A stretch of DNA of 63,862 nt, counting the filler, from Octopus bimaculoides (lineage: Eukaryota): assembly GCF_001194135.2 (NCBI RefSeq). It is 9 parts of 8 records of this genome, joined end to end, with 100 filler letters (N's around TTAATTAATTAA, not from the genome) between each part and the next. Parts side by side here need not be neighbours in the genome. Positions count along the whole stretch, not along the records: positions 33,281 to 37,719 come from NC_068999.1; positions 37,820 to 40,493 come from NC_068995.1; positions 40,594 to 56,627 come from NC_068985.1; 6 more parts are not named here. The stretch is one strand, 5' to 3'. Shown in pieces: positions 34,769 through 49,136 of the stretch (positions are counted from its first letter, which is position 1; each line of letters starts with the position of its first letter). The notes beneath the pieces are model-generated. The model ran no database searches, was not told the origin of the DNA, and saw nothing but the letters and a program-made list of their open reading frames with translations. The position numbers and the translations under genes are program-made.

Positions 34769-36403
34769 TATATATATATAGAAAGAGAGCGTGATATATA
34801 TATACACACGCACACACAACACATATAAGTGTGTACGCATATATAAATATATATATATATATATGGGGTGGGAGAACGGGCAAGCGTGCACCTCTATCTA
34901 ACCCCGAATGAAGGGACGTATTGTAAGGTAAACCACCGCCAACCCGCTCCGAATGAGAAGCCGACACCCATTTTTACTTATGAATGGGGAATAAATGTGA
35001 ATTAAAAATAGGGAACTCAACATTGATACGTGCGTACGTGTGCATGCGCACGCGCGTCTGTAGACACTTACACACACTGACACAAACTTTTATGACGAAT
35101 CGAAATTTAAAGGGACTCGTGTTTTTCTGACGGAAAGTAAAGCTTCTGGAACCTCGCTTTATCGCCTTACATACATGATGATGATAATGATGATAGTGGT
35201 GTTAATGACAATACAAGTGATGATGGTGGCGGTGATAATGATGATGATGATGATAACGATATCTTCTTTATAATAAACGATTCCGTTTTGGTTTTTTTTT
35301 TTGGGGGGGGGTTGTCCCCTCGCCTTCTGGAAAGATAAGGTTTGATACAGGGGGACGCGATGTGTGTGAACATCACAACACAATATAAATTCCCGACATT
35401 TAGTTCACAGATAAGCCAACGCCCACCCACCCACATTCGGGTGGATGGAAAGCAACTTCGGCCCGGATCTGTTCCAACCACTGAACGAGAACTAGATTCC
35501 CATCCTGTCCGTCCCGACTCAAACAACTATCAATATATTCCATATCGATATCTATAGAGATATCGATCTTTCTAGTTACCAACATTTTTGCAAGAATAAT
35601 AGTTTCGAATTTAGGTACAAAAGCCAGAATTTTTTTTTTATGTGGAGTGGGGTCAGGGACAGTTAGTAGACGAAATCGCGCCCCATCACTATTTCAATTA
35701 GTAAAATTTATTTACCCCGAAAGGATGAAAGGCTAAGCTGACCTTAGTGGGATCTGAACTCGATACGTAAAGGGGTTTAAGAGCCGAAAGAAACGCTACA
35801 GAGCATTTTGTCCGACACGGCCAATCCAATGCCAATAATAATAATAATAAAAGAGAAGCAGGATCATACGTTTTGGGACGTGGTTATAAATCGATTATAT
35901 CGACAACCAGGGAAGGAGAAAAGGCGAAGCCGACGTCGGCGTGGTTTGAACTCAGAACGTGACTAACATACAAGATTTCTATTTTTCCCCCTCAAGGACA
36001 TTAGCTCCGCTGAGCAAAACCACATGATGACCAACGTGTAGGTGTCTACGCGGTCGGCCGCCCCGCGAGACATACAAGACAAAAATTCTCCTTCAAATCA
36101 CACCCCGCTTATTTACGGGTAGAATGAATGGACTTGTAATGATGGTCTTAAGACGGCGTTGTCACGGCTGGGTAGTCTTTGATCATGGGCTCTCTCAGTC
36201 AGGACTGACCTGGAGCGAAACAACAAATACAACATACTACTACTACTACTATCACTAAATGAAGGCTAGCGTCTTCGACCGAGAATCGAAACCGCGTGAC
36301 AGAAAAACAAGAGCTACTCGGAAGATGTATAACAACCAAACTTCCACCATTCTCGATAATGATAATAAAAATGATAATAATAACGGCATAAACATCATGT
36401 GTC

Positions 36404-36451
<48 letters not shown>

Positions 36452-36734
36452 TATATATGTGTGTATCTGAAAAGTATAGAATTAAATACACACACACACA
36501 TATATATATGTGTGTGTGCATGCAAATATATGTGTATGTGTATGTATATGTATATATGTATATATGTATATATATATAGGCACTCACCGTATAATTTAGC
36601 GTACTCCTCTATGCAGACACTACAAATATTCATGGGCGAAGATGGGATCATTGAAGAATAATCGGTACACTTCATTTAGATCGCTCTGTTTCGTCCACAT
36701 ATATAATTAATTTGGTTATATACGCACACACACG

Positions 36735-36766
<32 letters not shown>

Positions 36767-38352
36767 ATCTGTTGTTGTTATATATTAGATATAGATATAT
36801 AAAAATTTATATATCTATGAGTGTATAATGTACAAGCCGAATGTAAATTCAGCTACACACACACACGTAAATATGTATATGATAATACATGTATGTAAGT
36901 ATGTATATATATGTATATAGTCGTGCGTGCGTGTATGTAGATATGAGTGCGTATGCGTGTGTGTTAAATATGCTTGCGAACGTATGTGTGCGGCGGCGGT
37001 GACGACAGCGGTGGTGGCGAAACAGATGCGAGGCAAATATAGATTTACAAATAAAGCAAGGAGAGAGAGAGAGTTGTGGAGGGAGCAATGATGAGCTGTA
37101 GAGAGAGAGAGAGAGAGTAGATGGATAGGAGGAGGAGGGAGGTAGGGGAGGGAGGTAGGAGAGTAAGAGAAGAGAGAGGGCTGGTGGTGGGGGCAGAGAA
37201 AAGGATGTAGTAGCAAGAGGAAGCGAGAGAGAGAGAGAGTGAGAGTGAGAGAAGGAGGGAAGTACAGTCATAGTCTCTTTCTCTCTCTCTCACACAGAGA
37301 AGGGTGAGCGAAGTCAGATGGCTCTCGGCAGTCGGTGGTAGCACACATGATGATGATAATAATAATAATAACAATAATAATAATAAAGTAGCAGTAGTAG
37401 TAGTAGTGGTGGTGGCGGCGGCGGAGGCAGCAGTGGTGGTGGAAAACAGCCGATTTATTTCATGGCTATAATACTAAGTAAAAAAAAAATGTAGCCACCA
37501 CCACCACCACCGCCGCCGCCATCAGCGCCACCGTGATCTGTGTTTGACAGATGGAGCGAGGGAGAGGGGAAGAGGGGGGAACCGCAGATTTGGTGGTGGT
37601 GGTGGAGCTAAAGGGTGGGGTAGGTAGTCCTTTCGCTTGGTCTGGGGGATCGGGGTGGAATGCGGCAGTGCAACAGAAAGGGGTGGAGAGAGTGTGTATG
37701 GGAGCGGGGAGGAAGGGACNNNNNNNNNNNNNNNNNNNNNNNNNNNNNNNNNNNNNNNNNNNNTTAATTAATTAANNNNNNNNNNNNNNNNNNNNNNNNN
37801 NNNNNNNNNNNNNNNNNNNATATATATATATATATATATATAGATATATATAACTGCACTGTCAAGTTTAGAGCGCACATTAATGACTTCTAGCTGAACA
37901 CGCCTAACCTGGGATTTAAAAAAGCAATGACACATTAACGATGACATGTATTACTAATCTAAAACGAAGAGAAGTTAATATATTTATAAACAAAGTTAGG
38001 TCATCTGACATTGACTTTGGTGTGGTGGATTAGTTATGTCTGCTCTAGATATTTAAGGCATCTGGTTATGTCTGACGTGGGAATACGTTAAGAGAGACTG
38101 GCTATATTGTTTAACAACAGCTGTCTATCACTTGATGTACACATGCATATGTGTTTCATATATGTATGTATAATGTAACCAAACAACGATTTATAAGCAC
38201 CGAGTTTATCATACAAATATGTATGTATGAAAGTATGTATGTATGTATTTATGCATATATGCATTTATGCATATATGTATGTACGTACGTATGTTTATCT
38301 ACAACTATATACAGATATCCGTCTATTTATATAGCTCTGTATATATGTCTGC

Positions 38353-38408
<56 letters not shown>

Positions 38409-39573
38409 NNNNNNNNNNNNNNNNNNNNNNNNNNNNNNNNNNNNNNNNNNNNNNNNNNNNNNNNNNNNNNNNNNNNNNNNNNNNNNNNNNNNNNNNNNNN
38501 NNNNNNNNNNNNNNNNNNNNNNNNNNNNNNNNNNNNNNNNNNNNNNNNNNNNNNNNNNNNNNNNNNNNNNNNNNNNNNNNNNNNNNNNNNNNNNNNNNNN
38601 NNNNNNNNNNNNNNNNNNNNNNNNNNNNNNNNNNNNNNNNNNNNNNNNNNNNNNNNNNNNNNNNNNNNNNNNNNNNNNNNNNNNNNNNNNNNNNNNNNNN
38701 NNNNNNNNNNNNNNNNNNNNNNNNNNNNNNNNNNNNNNNNNNNNNNNNNNNNNNNNNNNNNNNNNNNNNNNNNNNNNNNNNNNNNNNNNNNNNNNNNNNN
38801 NNNNNNNNNNNNNNNNNNNNNNNNNNNNNNNNNNNNNNNNNNNNNNNNNNNNNNNNNNNNNNNNNNNNNNNNNNNNNNNNNNNNNNNNNNNNNNNNNNNN
38901 NNNNNNNNNNNNNNNNNNNNNNNNNNNNNNNNNNNNNNNNNNNNNNNNNNNNNNNNNNNNNNNNNNNNNNNNNNNNNNNNNNNNNNNNNNNNNNNNNNNN
39001 NNNNNNNNNNNNNNNNNNNNNNNNNNNNNNNNNNNNNNNNNNNNNNNNNNNNNNNNNNNNNNNNNNNNNNNNNNNNNNNNNNNNNNNNNNNNNNNNNNNN
39101 NNNNNNNNNNNNNNNNNNNNNNNNNNNNNNNNNNNNNNNNNNNNNNNNNNNNNNNNNNNNNNNNNNNNNNNNNNNNNNNNNNNNNNNNNNNNNNNNNNNN
39201 NNNNNNNNNNNNNNNNNNNNNNNNNNNNNNNNNNNNNNNNNNNNNNNNNNNNNNNNNNNNNNNNNNNNNNNNNNNNNNNNNNNNNNNNNNNNNNNNNNNN
39301 NNNNNNNNNNNNNNNNNNNNNNNNNNNNNNNNNNNNNNNNNNNNNNNNNNNNNNNNNNNNNNNNNNNNNNNNNNNNNNNNNNNNNNNNNNNNNAATCGAA
39401 AATGAAAATAAAATTAAATTTGCAGCAATATATTTTTAGATAAAGATTTACAAAATGGGATCTTTTTATTAAGATTTATCATTTTTAATAACCTATTTAA
39501 CTTCCTTGTGATTTATTACAATTTTAACACTGAACGTAATTACGAATTTTAAAGTCACTACTTTCTTCAACTT

Positions 39574-39630
<57 letters not shown>

Positions 39631-40743
39631 TTGCGTAGAGACAGACAGAGAGAAAGAGTGAGAGAGAAAGAGAGGGAAAGCGAGGAGGAAGGGTGAGAGT
39701 ATTGATATAGTTTGTAAATTCACTACAATTCCATATCTAACCAACCATTTATTTTACGGTTGGCTGATATAAGCACCAAAGCCAGCAATTTGTTCGTTGA
39801 ACGTATAAACAAAACCAGCGGATTCGTTGAGGCTCAGAATTCCGGCTGCTTCTGACTGACACGACACATGTCGAAACGCCGGTGTCCCAGAATGCTGGGC
39901 GCCAATGAGCCGAGTGTATTAAACACACTGTCGTTGTAAAAGGAACGAGTTCTTCTCCTGTGACATGCACTACGGCGACCAGCATATTTTGAGACTGAAC
40001 CTGTCTAGTCTTGCTAAGAATAAATATGCAAATATTCTTTCCAGAACACGCTGTATACGGTGCAAACAACGATTTTTAAAAATTCAGACGATGATATTCC
40101 AAATCATATGTAATGTAGAAGAATGACTGGTGAAGTACACTGGCATTTGTACCCACAAAATAGTAAAGAGAGGAGCAATAAAACAAGCGATTTAGTAAAT
40201 CATTAATTTTTTGCTAATTAAGTCTATTTCATTGATTACGAAAGAAATGACATGATTTATGAACTAAATGTTTTCATATATATATATATATATCCATACG
40301 AAGGGCATTTCATCCATCCTTACGTTCTAAGTTATAATTCCAATGAGGAAGAATTTGCATTTCCTCTTTTCAAGGTCGATGTAATCGACTTACCTCAGCC
40401 CGAAGCATTGCTCTCCATGTGCCAAAAATACACAAACATATATAAACGTATGGATACATAAATACATACATACATATATATGTATACATACATNNNNNNN
40501 NNNNNNNNNNNNNNNNNNNNNNNNNNNNNNNNNNNNNTTAATTAATTAANNNNNNNNNNNNNNNNNNNNNNNNNNNNNNNNNNNNNNNNNNNNTAAATAC
40601 ATGTTTTACCTGTGGATTTGCGTGTGCAAACTGGGAATGCATACAACAAGTTTCTCTGCTCTAGGTGTACGGAAAACACTCGGCGAGAAATGGAAGAAAA
40701 TTTGAAGAAAGAAGAAAAGAAACAACATAATAATAACAAAAAT

Positions 40744-40785
<42 letters not shown>

Positions 40786-40810
40786 AACAACAACAACAAC
40801 AACAACAACA

Positions 40811-40845
<35 letters not shown>

Positions 40846-40852
40846 AATAATG

Positions 40853-40904
<52 letters not shown>

Positions 40905-40929
40905 TAATAATAATAATCATAATATCATA

Positions 40930-41700
40930 GGGATGTTAAAGATAAGATAGACAGAGAAAAAAGATGGCTATGTATGACTAAACGTGATCTAAAACAGGAA
41001 GCGGTGGCTTTAAACTGTGCTACCCAAGAGCAGGTATTTAAGAACCAATTACATCAAATATAAAATAGACAACACATCAGAAAGTGATAAAGGCAGAATT
41101 TGTGGACAGAATGGTGAAACCGTATGGCATATTAATAGTTAATGTACGCCACTAGCCCAGAAAGAGTATAGGAGAGGTCATGACAATATAGCAAGAATTG
41201 CCTATTGGACACGTTGCAACAAGTATGGACTTCACAGAGCAAAAAAGTGATTCGAACATAAAGCCGAAGGCATCATCGAAAATTTTAGTCTACGATCCTA
41301 TGGGATTTTATGATTCAGTGCGGCAATGAAACAGTGAATAGGAAACCAGGAATAGAGTTAATTGAGAAAGAAATCAAACTATACAGATATAGCATACCCA
41401 GCTGACAGCAAGGTATGCGATAAAGAGCAATGATAAGTCGTTAGATTTGACAGGTTAGCTTGGGAGATTAAGCAGTTGTGGTCGATGAAAAAAGGTGGTA
41501 GTAGTACCAATAATAGTCGGAGCCCTGGGTAGAGTGAGTAAAAATCTTGGGAAGGACATGGAACAAACAGGAGCTGCAATAAGGGTGGAGCACTTGCAGA
41601 AAACACCACTTCTTGGAACCGCTCGAATACTCGGATGATGCTCGGAAAATTAGGCGTTTTAACTTAATTACTGGTAGTGAACAGCTGGCATAGAAGCTGT
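40930..41700 (+). mobile_element. RLE-type (Dong/R4-like) LINE 3' part
   Basis: decayed CCHC region (RICGQNGETVWHI), ILWDFMIQC, IIVGALG, LQKTPLLGTARIL; followed by (AAT)n at 41708-41780. Confidence 0.8.
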
Positions 41701-41712
41701 GCAAAGACAATA

Positions 41713-41782
<70 letters not shown>

Positions 41783-41799
41783 GCCCTGATGCAGTACCG

Positions 41800-42030
41800 G
41801 GAGCTTATCATCAAACTCAGCTGGACGTCTTCTTCGATCTTCCTCTTCAAGGCTGAAATTCCCACTTCTGACTTTTACAAACCATCTGCAAGTTCTTTCA
41901 TTCAAGCATTCTTTCCTATAAACTGAGTGTATGTTTCGAGTCACTTCGGCTGCAGAGTTTCCTTTTTTTTTTGTACTCATACAGCACTGTGTGCCTCAAA
42001 TGCTCTTTGGATACTTCCATGTTAGAAAGG
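41800..42030 (-). mobile_element. mariner N-terminal HTH relic
   Basis: KKGNSAAEVTRNIHSVYRKECLNERTCRWFVKVRSGNFSLEEEDRRRRPAEFDD. Confidence 0.75.
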
Positions 42031-42736
42031 TTTTTAATCAAAGAAATTTTAATTCTATTATTCCGTAAAGTAATATTTAATTGAATGTGCACAAATACAT
42101 AAAAATAATTTTAAATTCCATTACGCATTCTAAAATACTATTAAATTTCATTCAATTTTAAAAAGGTAAAATCGGACAGAAGTTATGTGATGACCTGATA
42201 ATTGTTTAAGGTTTGTACTGGATAAATTGCGAAAATAACTCTAACAGTTCAAATACTAAGAAATAAGCATACTCAAATTGATTTATATCAAATAATTTAG
42301 GAAACTGAATGGGTTATGTCCCTTGCCTATCTATAACATTCCCTATTATCGACTTTTTCAACAATCTTAGTATGCAATGACGTTTCCAGACATGAGTTCT
42401 ACTCACGTGTCAAGTTTCATCAAACTCGATAAAACGATGTAGGAGGGGTTAGCTAACAACTCAAGAAACATACACACAGACAGAATTTCCCACACATGTA
42501 AAAGATATATATGCATATCATAATTTTATATATATATGTGTGTGTGTGTGTGTGTGAGTGTGTGTGGGTGTGTGTTTGTGCGTGTATCTATATATGTGTG
42601 TGTGTGTGTGTATCTATATATGTGTGTGTTTAGGTAGGTACCTAAATTAGGTAGATAAATAATGACACATACATATACATATATATAGGTAAGTATGTAT
42701 GTATAGTCACACACACACACACACACGCACGCACAC

Positions 42737-42790
<54 letters not shown>

Positions 42791-42805
42791 TAGATAGATA
42801 GATGG

Positions 42806-42836
<31 letters not shown>

Positions 42837-43762
42837 CATACATACATACATACATACATAAATACATATATATATATATACACACACACATATATATACA
42901 TACAAATATATATANNNNNNNNNNNNNNNNNNNNNNNNNNNNNNNNNNNNNNNNNNNNNNNNNNNNNNNNNNNNNNNNNNNNNNNNNNNNNNNNNNNNNN
43001 NNNNNNNNNNNNNNNNNNNNNNNNNNNNNNNNNNNNNNNNNNNNNNNNNNNNNNNNNNNNNNNNNNNNNNNNNNNNNNNNNNNNNNNNNNNNNNNNNNNN
43101 NNNNNNNNNNNNNNNNNNNNNNNNNNNNNNNNNNNNNNNNNNNNNNNNNNNNNNNNNNNNNNNNNNATATATATATATACGTATGCATATTATACTATCT
43201 ATATTTCTGCATGTCTTTGAACGAAAATTATATATATATATATATATATCTATATATATATATATATAAGCATCAAGTGTTCTTCTCTGCATGGAACAAT
43301 AACAACAACATCGCTAATGTCTTCCACTAGCTCCATCTGCTTCATGTTTCTATCATTCCACTGCCATACCATATAGATTATTTGGAAATGAGCGCTAACG
43401 TGATTACACAGTTTGTCCTGCCATAGAGTATTGACATCAATCGTCTTAATTCGATCTGGGATATTTCACAATATTATCCAAATGGCACATTACGTCGGAG
43501 AATTGTAAAAGAGAGTCAAACATAAATAAACATTTGCTCTCTCACTCTCTCCCCTACCATTATATATATATATATATATGCATATATATACATGTCTATC
43601 TAAGTATATTCATACGTGTTTATGTGTGTATATATATATATGTATATAAATGTGTGTGTGTGAGTGTGTGTGTGTGTGTGTATGTGTGTGTGTGTGTGTG
43701 CATCAAAGAATAGAAGAACAAGGCGAATTCAAAATGTAATTACAAATAAATTTCTGCAATGC

Positions 43763-43797
<35 letters not shown>

Positions 43798-43810
43798 AAT
43801 ATATGTACAT

Positions 43811-43873
<63 letters not shown>

Positions 43874-44723
43874 GGATGGATAGATTAAAATTTGTCCACT
43901 AAGTGTATTGATTTTTCTCCTTTGAAGGATTGAAGTTCGATAGGCCAAGTTCAGTATTTATACAGATATTGTATTGATACTTTGTGTGAAAGGGGTTAGC
44001 ACAAATATTACTCTGAAAGAATGTTCACAACCAATTGTCCTATCCGATTTTGTTAAAAATTCGATGAATAGAAAAAGAAATACAAAGTTTTGTTACATTC
44101 TTTATATATTGTATGAAATAAACTATTGTAAGTTTTAGATGTTAGTCGAAACAGAAAAACCTACGCTCATACACACATATTTAACACACATGTGTGTATG
44201 CGTGTATGTACGCTTGTGGGCATATATATATATATATATATATATATANNNNNNNNNNNNNNNNNNNNNNNNNNNNNNNNNNNNNNNNNNNNNNNNNNNN
44301 NNNNNNNNNNNNNNNNNNNNNNNNNNNNNNNNNNNNNNNNNNNNNNNNNNNNNNNNNNNNNNNNNNNNNNNNNNNNNNNNNNNNNNNNNNNNNNNNNNNN
44401 NNNNNNNNNNNNNNNNNNNNNNNNNNNNNNNNNNNNNNNNNNNNNNNNNNNNNNNNNNNNNNNNNNNNNNNNNNNNNNNNNNNNNNNNNNNNNNNNNNNN
44501 NNNNNNNNNNNNNNNNNNNNNNNNNNNNNNNNNNNNNNNNNNNNNNNNNNNNNNNNNNNNNNNNNNNNNNNNNNNNNNNNNNNNNNNNNNNNNNNNNNNN
44601 NNNNNNNNNNNNNNNNNNNNNNNNNNNNNNNNNNNNNNNNNNNNNNNNNNNNNNNNNNNNNNNNNNNNNNNNNNNNNNNNNNNNNNNNNNNNNNNNNNNN
44701 NNNNNNNNNNNNNNNNNNNNNNN

Positions 44724-44757
<34 letters not shown>

Positions 44758-45212
44758 GACAGAGACAGAGACAGACATACTGAGAGAGTTGTATATGTGT
44801 GTTAGTGAGTCATTGTGTGTATTTGTGCAATGTACATAAGTATATCTGCTATATGTATTTGTGTGTGTATAGGGATGGTAATAATTTTCCAATTAAAGAC
44901 AAAACAGAATAAACAGAACAAGAGGAGACGCGTTGGATAGAGAGCCGTAGAAGCGATCACAGGTTGAGTGACGAAAGAGCTTTGACAAAGAAACTAAAAT
45001 AATAATAATAAAGCAGAAACAAATACATAAACGTATATATATGTGTGTGTCTGTGTGTCTGTGTGCAAGTCTGTGTGTGTGTCTGTGTCTGTGCGTGTGT
45101 ATATTATGAAAAGGAACGTAGTCAGAATTTTGGATAATTCTTTATTACCGCTTTCTGACTGCCTCCTTTTTATTAATAAACAATATCTGTACACCACTTC
45201 AAACACTTTCTG

Positions 45213-45255
<43 letters not shown>

Positions 45256-45897
45256 ACAAAATACGCGCACACACGCATACACAAACATATACATACATAC
45301 ACACAAACACGCACACTCAAATACACACACACACGCACGCAAACACACACGCTTCACGCACACGCACCCCCCATATATATATATATATTAGTTTTGTGAA
45401 GGCATGTGACTTAGTGGATTCGGCTTATGAACGTGAGGTCCTGAGTTCAATTCCCGGAGACACGTTGTATCCTTGAGCAAGACAATTTATATCACATTGC
45501 TCCAGTGTTGCTGATAAAAAATAGGTAGTACCTGTATTTCAAAGGGCCAGCGTTGTCACATTCTGTGTCAAGCTGAATCTCCTTGAGAGTTACGTTATGG
45601 TTACATGTGTCTATGGAATGCTCAGCCACTTTCACGTTAATTTCATGAGCAAGCTGTTCCGTTGACCGGATCAACTGGAACCCTCGCCGTTATAACCGAC
45701 AGAATGTCAGATTTATATTCGTTTTGCAGTCGCGTAGAGCGCTTGCTTTTGATGAGATTGACGCTTCCAATGCGCCAACGTAGTAATATATAGTTGTGAC
45801 TACCTGGTATTAATAAGGTTATATAACGCTTACGAAACGCGTTGAGTGTCACTCAACATGAACACAGACACATACGCACACACATACACATGCACGC

Positions 45898-45953
<56 letters not shown>

Positions 45954-46463
45954 GCACACACATATATATACGCTTATGTATTTGTTTCTGCTTTATTATT
46001 ATTACTTTAGTTTCTTTGTCAAAGCTCTTTCGGCATTCAACCTTTGATCGCTTTTACGACTCATTTCGTATACTGGTGTATAGAAACATTCATACATACA
46101 TACATACATACATACATACATACATACATACATACATACATTTTTAAAGCACATAAGTACTTGAATTGCAATAAAATCTATGCGTAAGATCCATGAGACA
46201 GCAACATTTCTTGCGTGTACACAAGTCGAGGATATGAATTCATATCGGTGCGAATTATGCAAAAATATAAATTATGACCCGAACACATATACGAGATAAA
46301 TATGGAGTATTTATCACGTGCTACATCGTATCGTATCTCGTCGTTTCGGTGCTTATACCACTCCTCAGTCGCTCTTGAAATAAAGGTATATTTACGTTTT
46401 TAGTCAGCCACTTTAGAACTGTTGTCAATACAAATGGATGGTATAAAATTTACCAGAAATGCT

Positions 46464-46600
46464 CAATGTAAAGAAGCTATGTAAAGAAGCTATGACTCAA
46501 TGTAAAGAAGCTACGACTCAATGTAAAGAAGCTATGACTCAATGTAAAGAAGCTATGACTCAATGTAAAGAAGCTATGACTCAATGTAAAGAAGCTATAT
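46464..46600. repeat. 21-bp minisatellite, about 6 copies
   Basis: tgtaaagaagctatgactcaa. Confidence 0.9.
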
Positions 46601-47399
46601 CTCTGTAAATGATGATAGTATATTGTCTTCTAAAGGTAACATATGATACTTTTAGGGCGCTCTCCTCGAAAAATAAGCTCCTTTTAAATGAATGACTTTC
46701 AGTATAACATAATGCTATTTCTATAAATAAATTTCCTCTTGAAAATGTTTCAGAATTAGTAGCGGTTTTATTCCATCTAGAAATTCTAATAGTAATACTA
46801 TTATGTACGTTTGAAATGTGTTACTATTTGACAGTAATGCTTTTTAGATAGAATGTGATGGCTAAAAATTGGTTGTCGTAGCCATAGAGTCATTCGATGA
46901 AGTTGAGATGTGTAAATTGTTAAGAGTGAATATACAAGATTTATATCAGTAAAAACTATCGTGCAACGCAGGTTTATGATTTCGTTATGATGATAGATTC
47001 GTTAATTATGTGAAGTATGAAAGCTCGCACACCAGATGCCCTTAGGAAGATGTTCATGAATATATGAAACGAGTTTAACAGTATACATCAATGCAAGTAT
47101 AATAAATGACACAACTTGCAAGGTAGGTACCGGTAAGTACTGTCCTTATGGTAAAACTAATTAGAAATTACAGAACATATCTCAATTTTAACCGCCATCT
47201 CTAATATATATATTTACTTAATGATCATAGTAAAATCAAAGGCGGTGAGCTGGCAGAATTGTTCAAATACCGAACAAAACTTTGAAACCAATATTAGTAA
47301 AGTTACATCCAGCTTATCTTTGGAAATGGAATCAGTTAACTGTAATTTTCATTATTACAATGAGAGATAAAAAGACGGTTGCATTAAATATGGAGTCTA

Positions 47400-48150
47400 T
47401 TGTATATAGATCATCATTAGCTAAACCATACATATAGGCATGGCCTTGAGTTGTACAAAAAATGTCGTAACTTCCGTAGTCAAGTAAACGGAATTAAATT
47501 TTCGTGTGCAAGTGAACAAATCTGTTATCTTCAAATTACTTGCTCTAAGTTTAATTTTTGCCCTCTCAATATCATGCATCATTCTATAGCGTTAGTTTAT
47601 AAGCTTATTACTTAGCATTGTTATTTGCATGAAAGATTTTAACAGGTCTTTAGTGCAAAGAAGACAGCACCATTAACTATCCATAAATATTTGCTGTTTA
47701 AAGAATGACAATATCGGCAATTATATAATCGCTTAATCCGCTATAGGTACGCTTGTCCAGCATCAGTGTTTCCTGATGGTGTGATTTTGTCGCTTGAAGA
47801 AGTATAGTTCTCTGTTATCACCTTCTGCAATTTTGAGCAAAAGATGGGAATTAGTGAATTCTAGCATCGATATTTATTGAAGAATTTCCAAGTTTATTTC
47901 TTACCCAATATATTTCCTTTTCATCAATACTACAGTTCCACCTCCCTTTGTGATCTTTGCAGATATTATAAGGAAAATATCTAAAATATCACGTTTGCCA
48001 TGTAAGTAGTTAAATATTATCCCATATTCTTCAAACGACAATTAAATTACTGTTTTCACTTTTAGGTTGGGGTGGAGTAAGAATCAAATCATGGTGACTA
48101 ATTATTTCGTGTATTTCAGTGATATGTCTCTGCATAAATTCATACATACT
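47400..48150 (-). mobile_element. Possible very old Penelope-like RT relic
   Basis: IISAKITKGGGTVVLMKRKY resembles the ADKG..VV.MD...Y motif; lies next to the degenerate hammerhead; the rest is not alignable by eye. Confidence 0.3.
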
Positions 48151-48190
48151 TCTACAGCCATATAAGATCAGGCAGTACCGGTTAAACTAG

Positions 48191-48231
48191 AATTTGCTGA
48201 TGAGACCTTATTAGTCCGAAACACCTAAATT
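48191..48231 (+). ncRNA. Degenerate hammerhead motif, probably inactive
   Basis: AAUUUG-CUGAUGA-GAC(7 nt)GUC-C-GAA-ACAC-C-UAAAUU; helix I 6 bp; helix III reads ACAC rather than ACGU. Confidence 0.4.
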
Positions 48232-49136
48232 TTTCAACATGCAACCAAGTATCAGACACTCTCAAATGCATTCAATTTTTAATTTGAGTTTCGTATTTTA
48301 AATTTTTATCGATAAATTAATATATTTCATTTCATTAAGAAGTACTTTTGCAACCATTTTATTATACTGTCTCACGCAGCAGGCGTTCCTGGTAGTTTTC
48401 ATCCAGTTATTTTTTTCATAGACGGCATTGCTTACATATTAGAATGCTTTGAAATATAACTAGATGCTGTGACAGTCATACATTTTCTCGTTCAATTCGT
48501 GATCTAAGCAGATATGGTTTCATTTCTTATTGGCAATACAATTACATCGACATCTCTGCTAATCAGGAGCTATTCCTTGCTCCAGTACACTTGATTTTCA
48601 ACCTTTATTACAACCTTGTTTCCACTTAATTAACCTGCGGTATGTGCCAATCATAGCATCCTATAGATATCCATAGCATCAATGTCAGCAACCGGGCATC
48701 GAAATAGGTCTACATTTTCAAATCCTCACAGCATATTCGCATATTCAACGATGCTTAAAATAGAGGAATGCAAGCATTTACTACCTTTGTTGTATTTACA
48801 TCAGATGTGAGGTATCCGAATCGATACCGCGTTAAATTACATCGTAGTTAGTCAACAGTGCAAATTGGTTGCTAGCGTTTTAGTGTGTATCTACTGTCTT
48901 TAACTTGTTTCATTCATTAGACTACGACCAAGCTTGAGCATCGCCTTTAAGGGTTTACTCGAACAAATCACGCTCAGTACTTAATTTTTCAAAGCCTGGA
49001 ACTTATTCCATCGGTCCGTTTTTGCTGACTGTTAAGTTACGGGTACGTATACAACCCAACAACTGTTTTCAAACGGTGGTACGGGACAAACACAAACAGG
49101 AAGACACGCGCTTGTAGATACATACATACATGCATA

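Noticed and set aside
36020-36210. Box C (ATGATGA) and box D (CTGA) suggesting a C/D snoRNA
   Set aside because: Spacing is too long, there is no terminal stem, and ATGATGA is ubiquitous here
39845-39890. CUGAC...GAC/GUC-GAAAC hammerhead-like string
   Set aside because: The CUGANGA box cannot be completed and the cleavage-site base would be G
39749-40069. 106-aa minus-strand ORF, plus CCAAT and ATGCAAAT motifs
   Set aside because: No recognisable domain; motifs this short are expected by chance in 64 kb of AT-rich DNA
45745-45850. GAAACGCGUU with an upstream UUGAUGA
   Set aside because: No convincing helix II, and helix I would be mostly G-U
46343-46368. Minus-strand CUGAGGA...GAAAC hammerhead core
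   Set aside because: Position 16.1 is not U and no helix I pairing can be made; at most a dead pLTR relic
46464-46600. CRISPR-like arrays (also 10257-10400 and 62905-63144)
   Set aside because: Contiguous repeats with no unique spacers, in eukaryotic DNA with no cas genes
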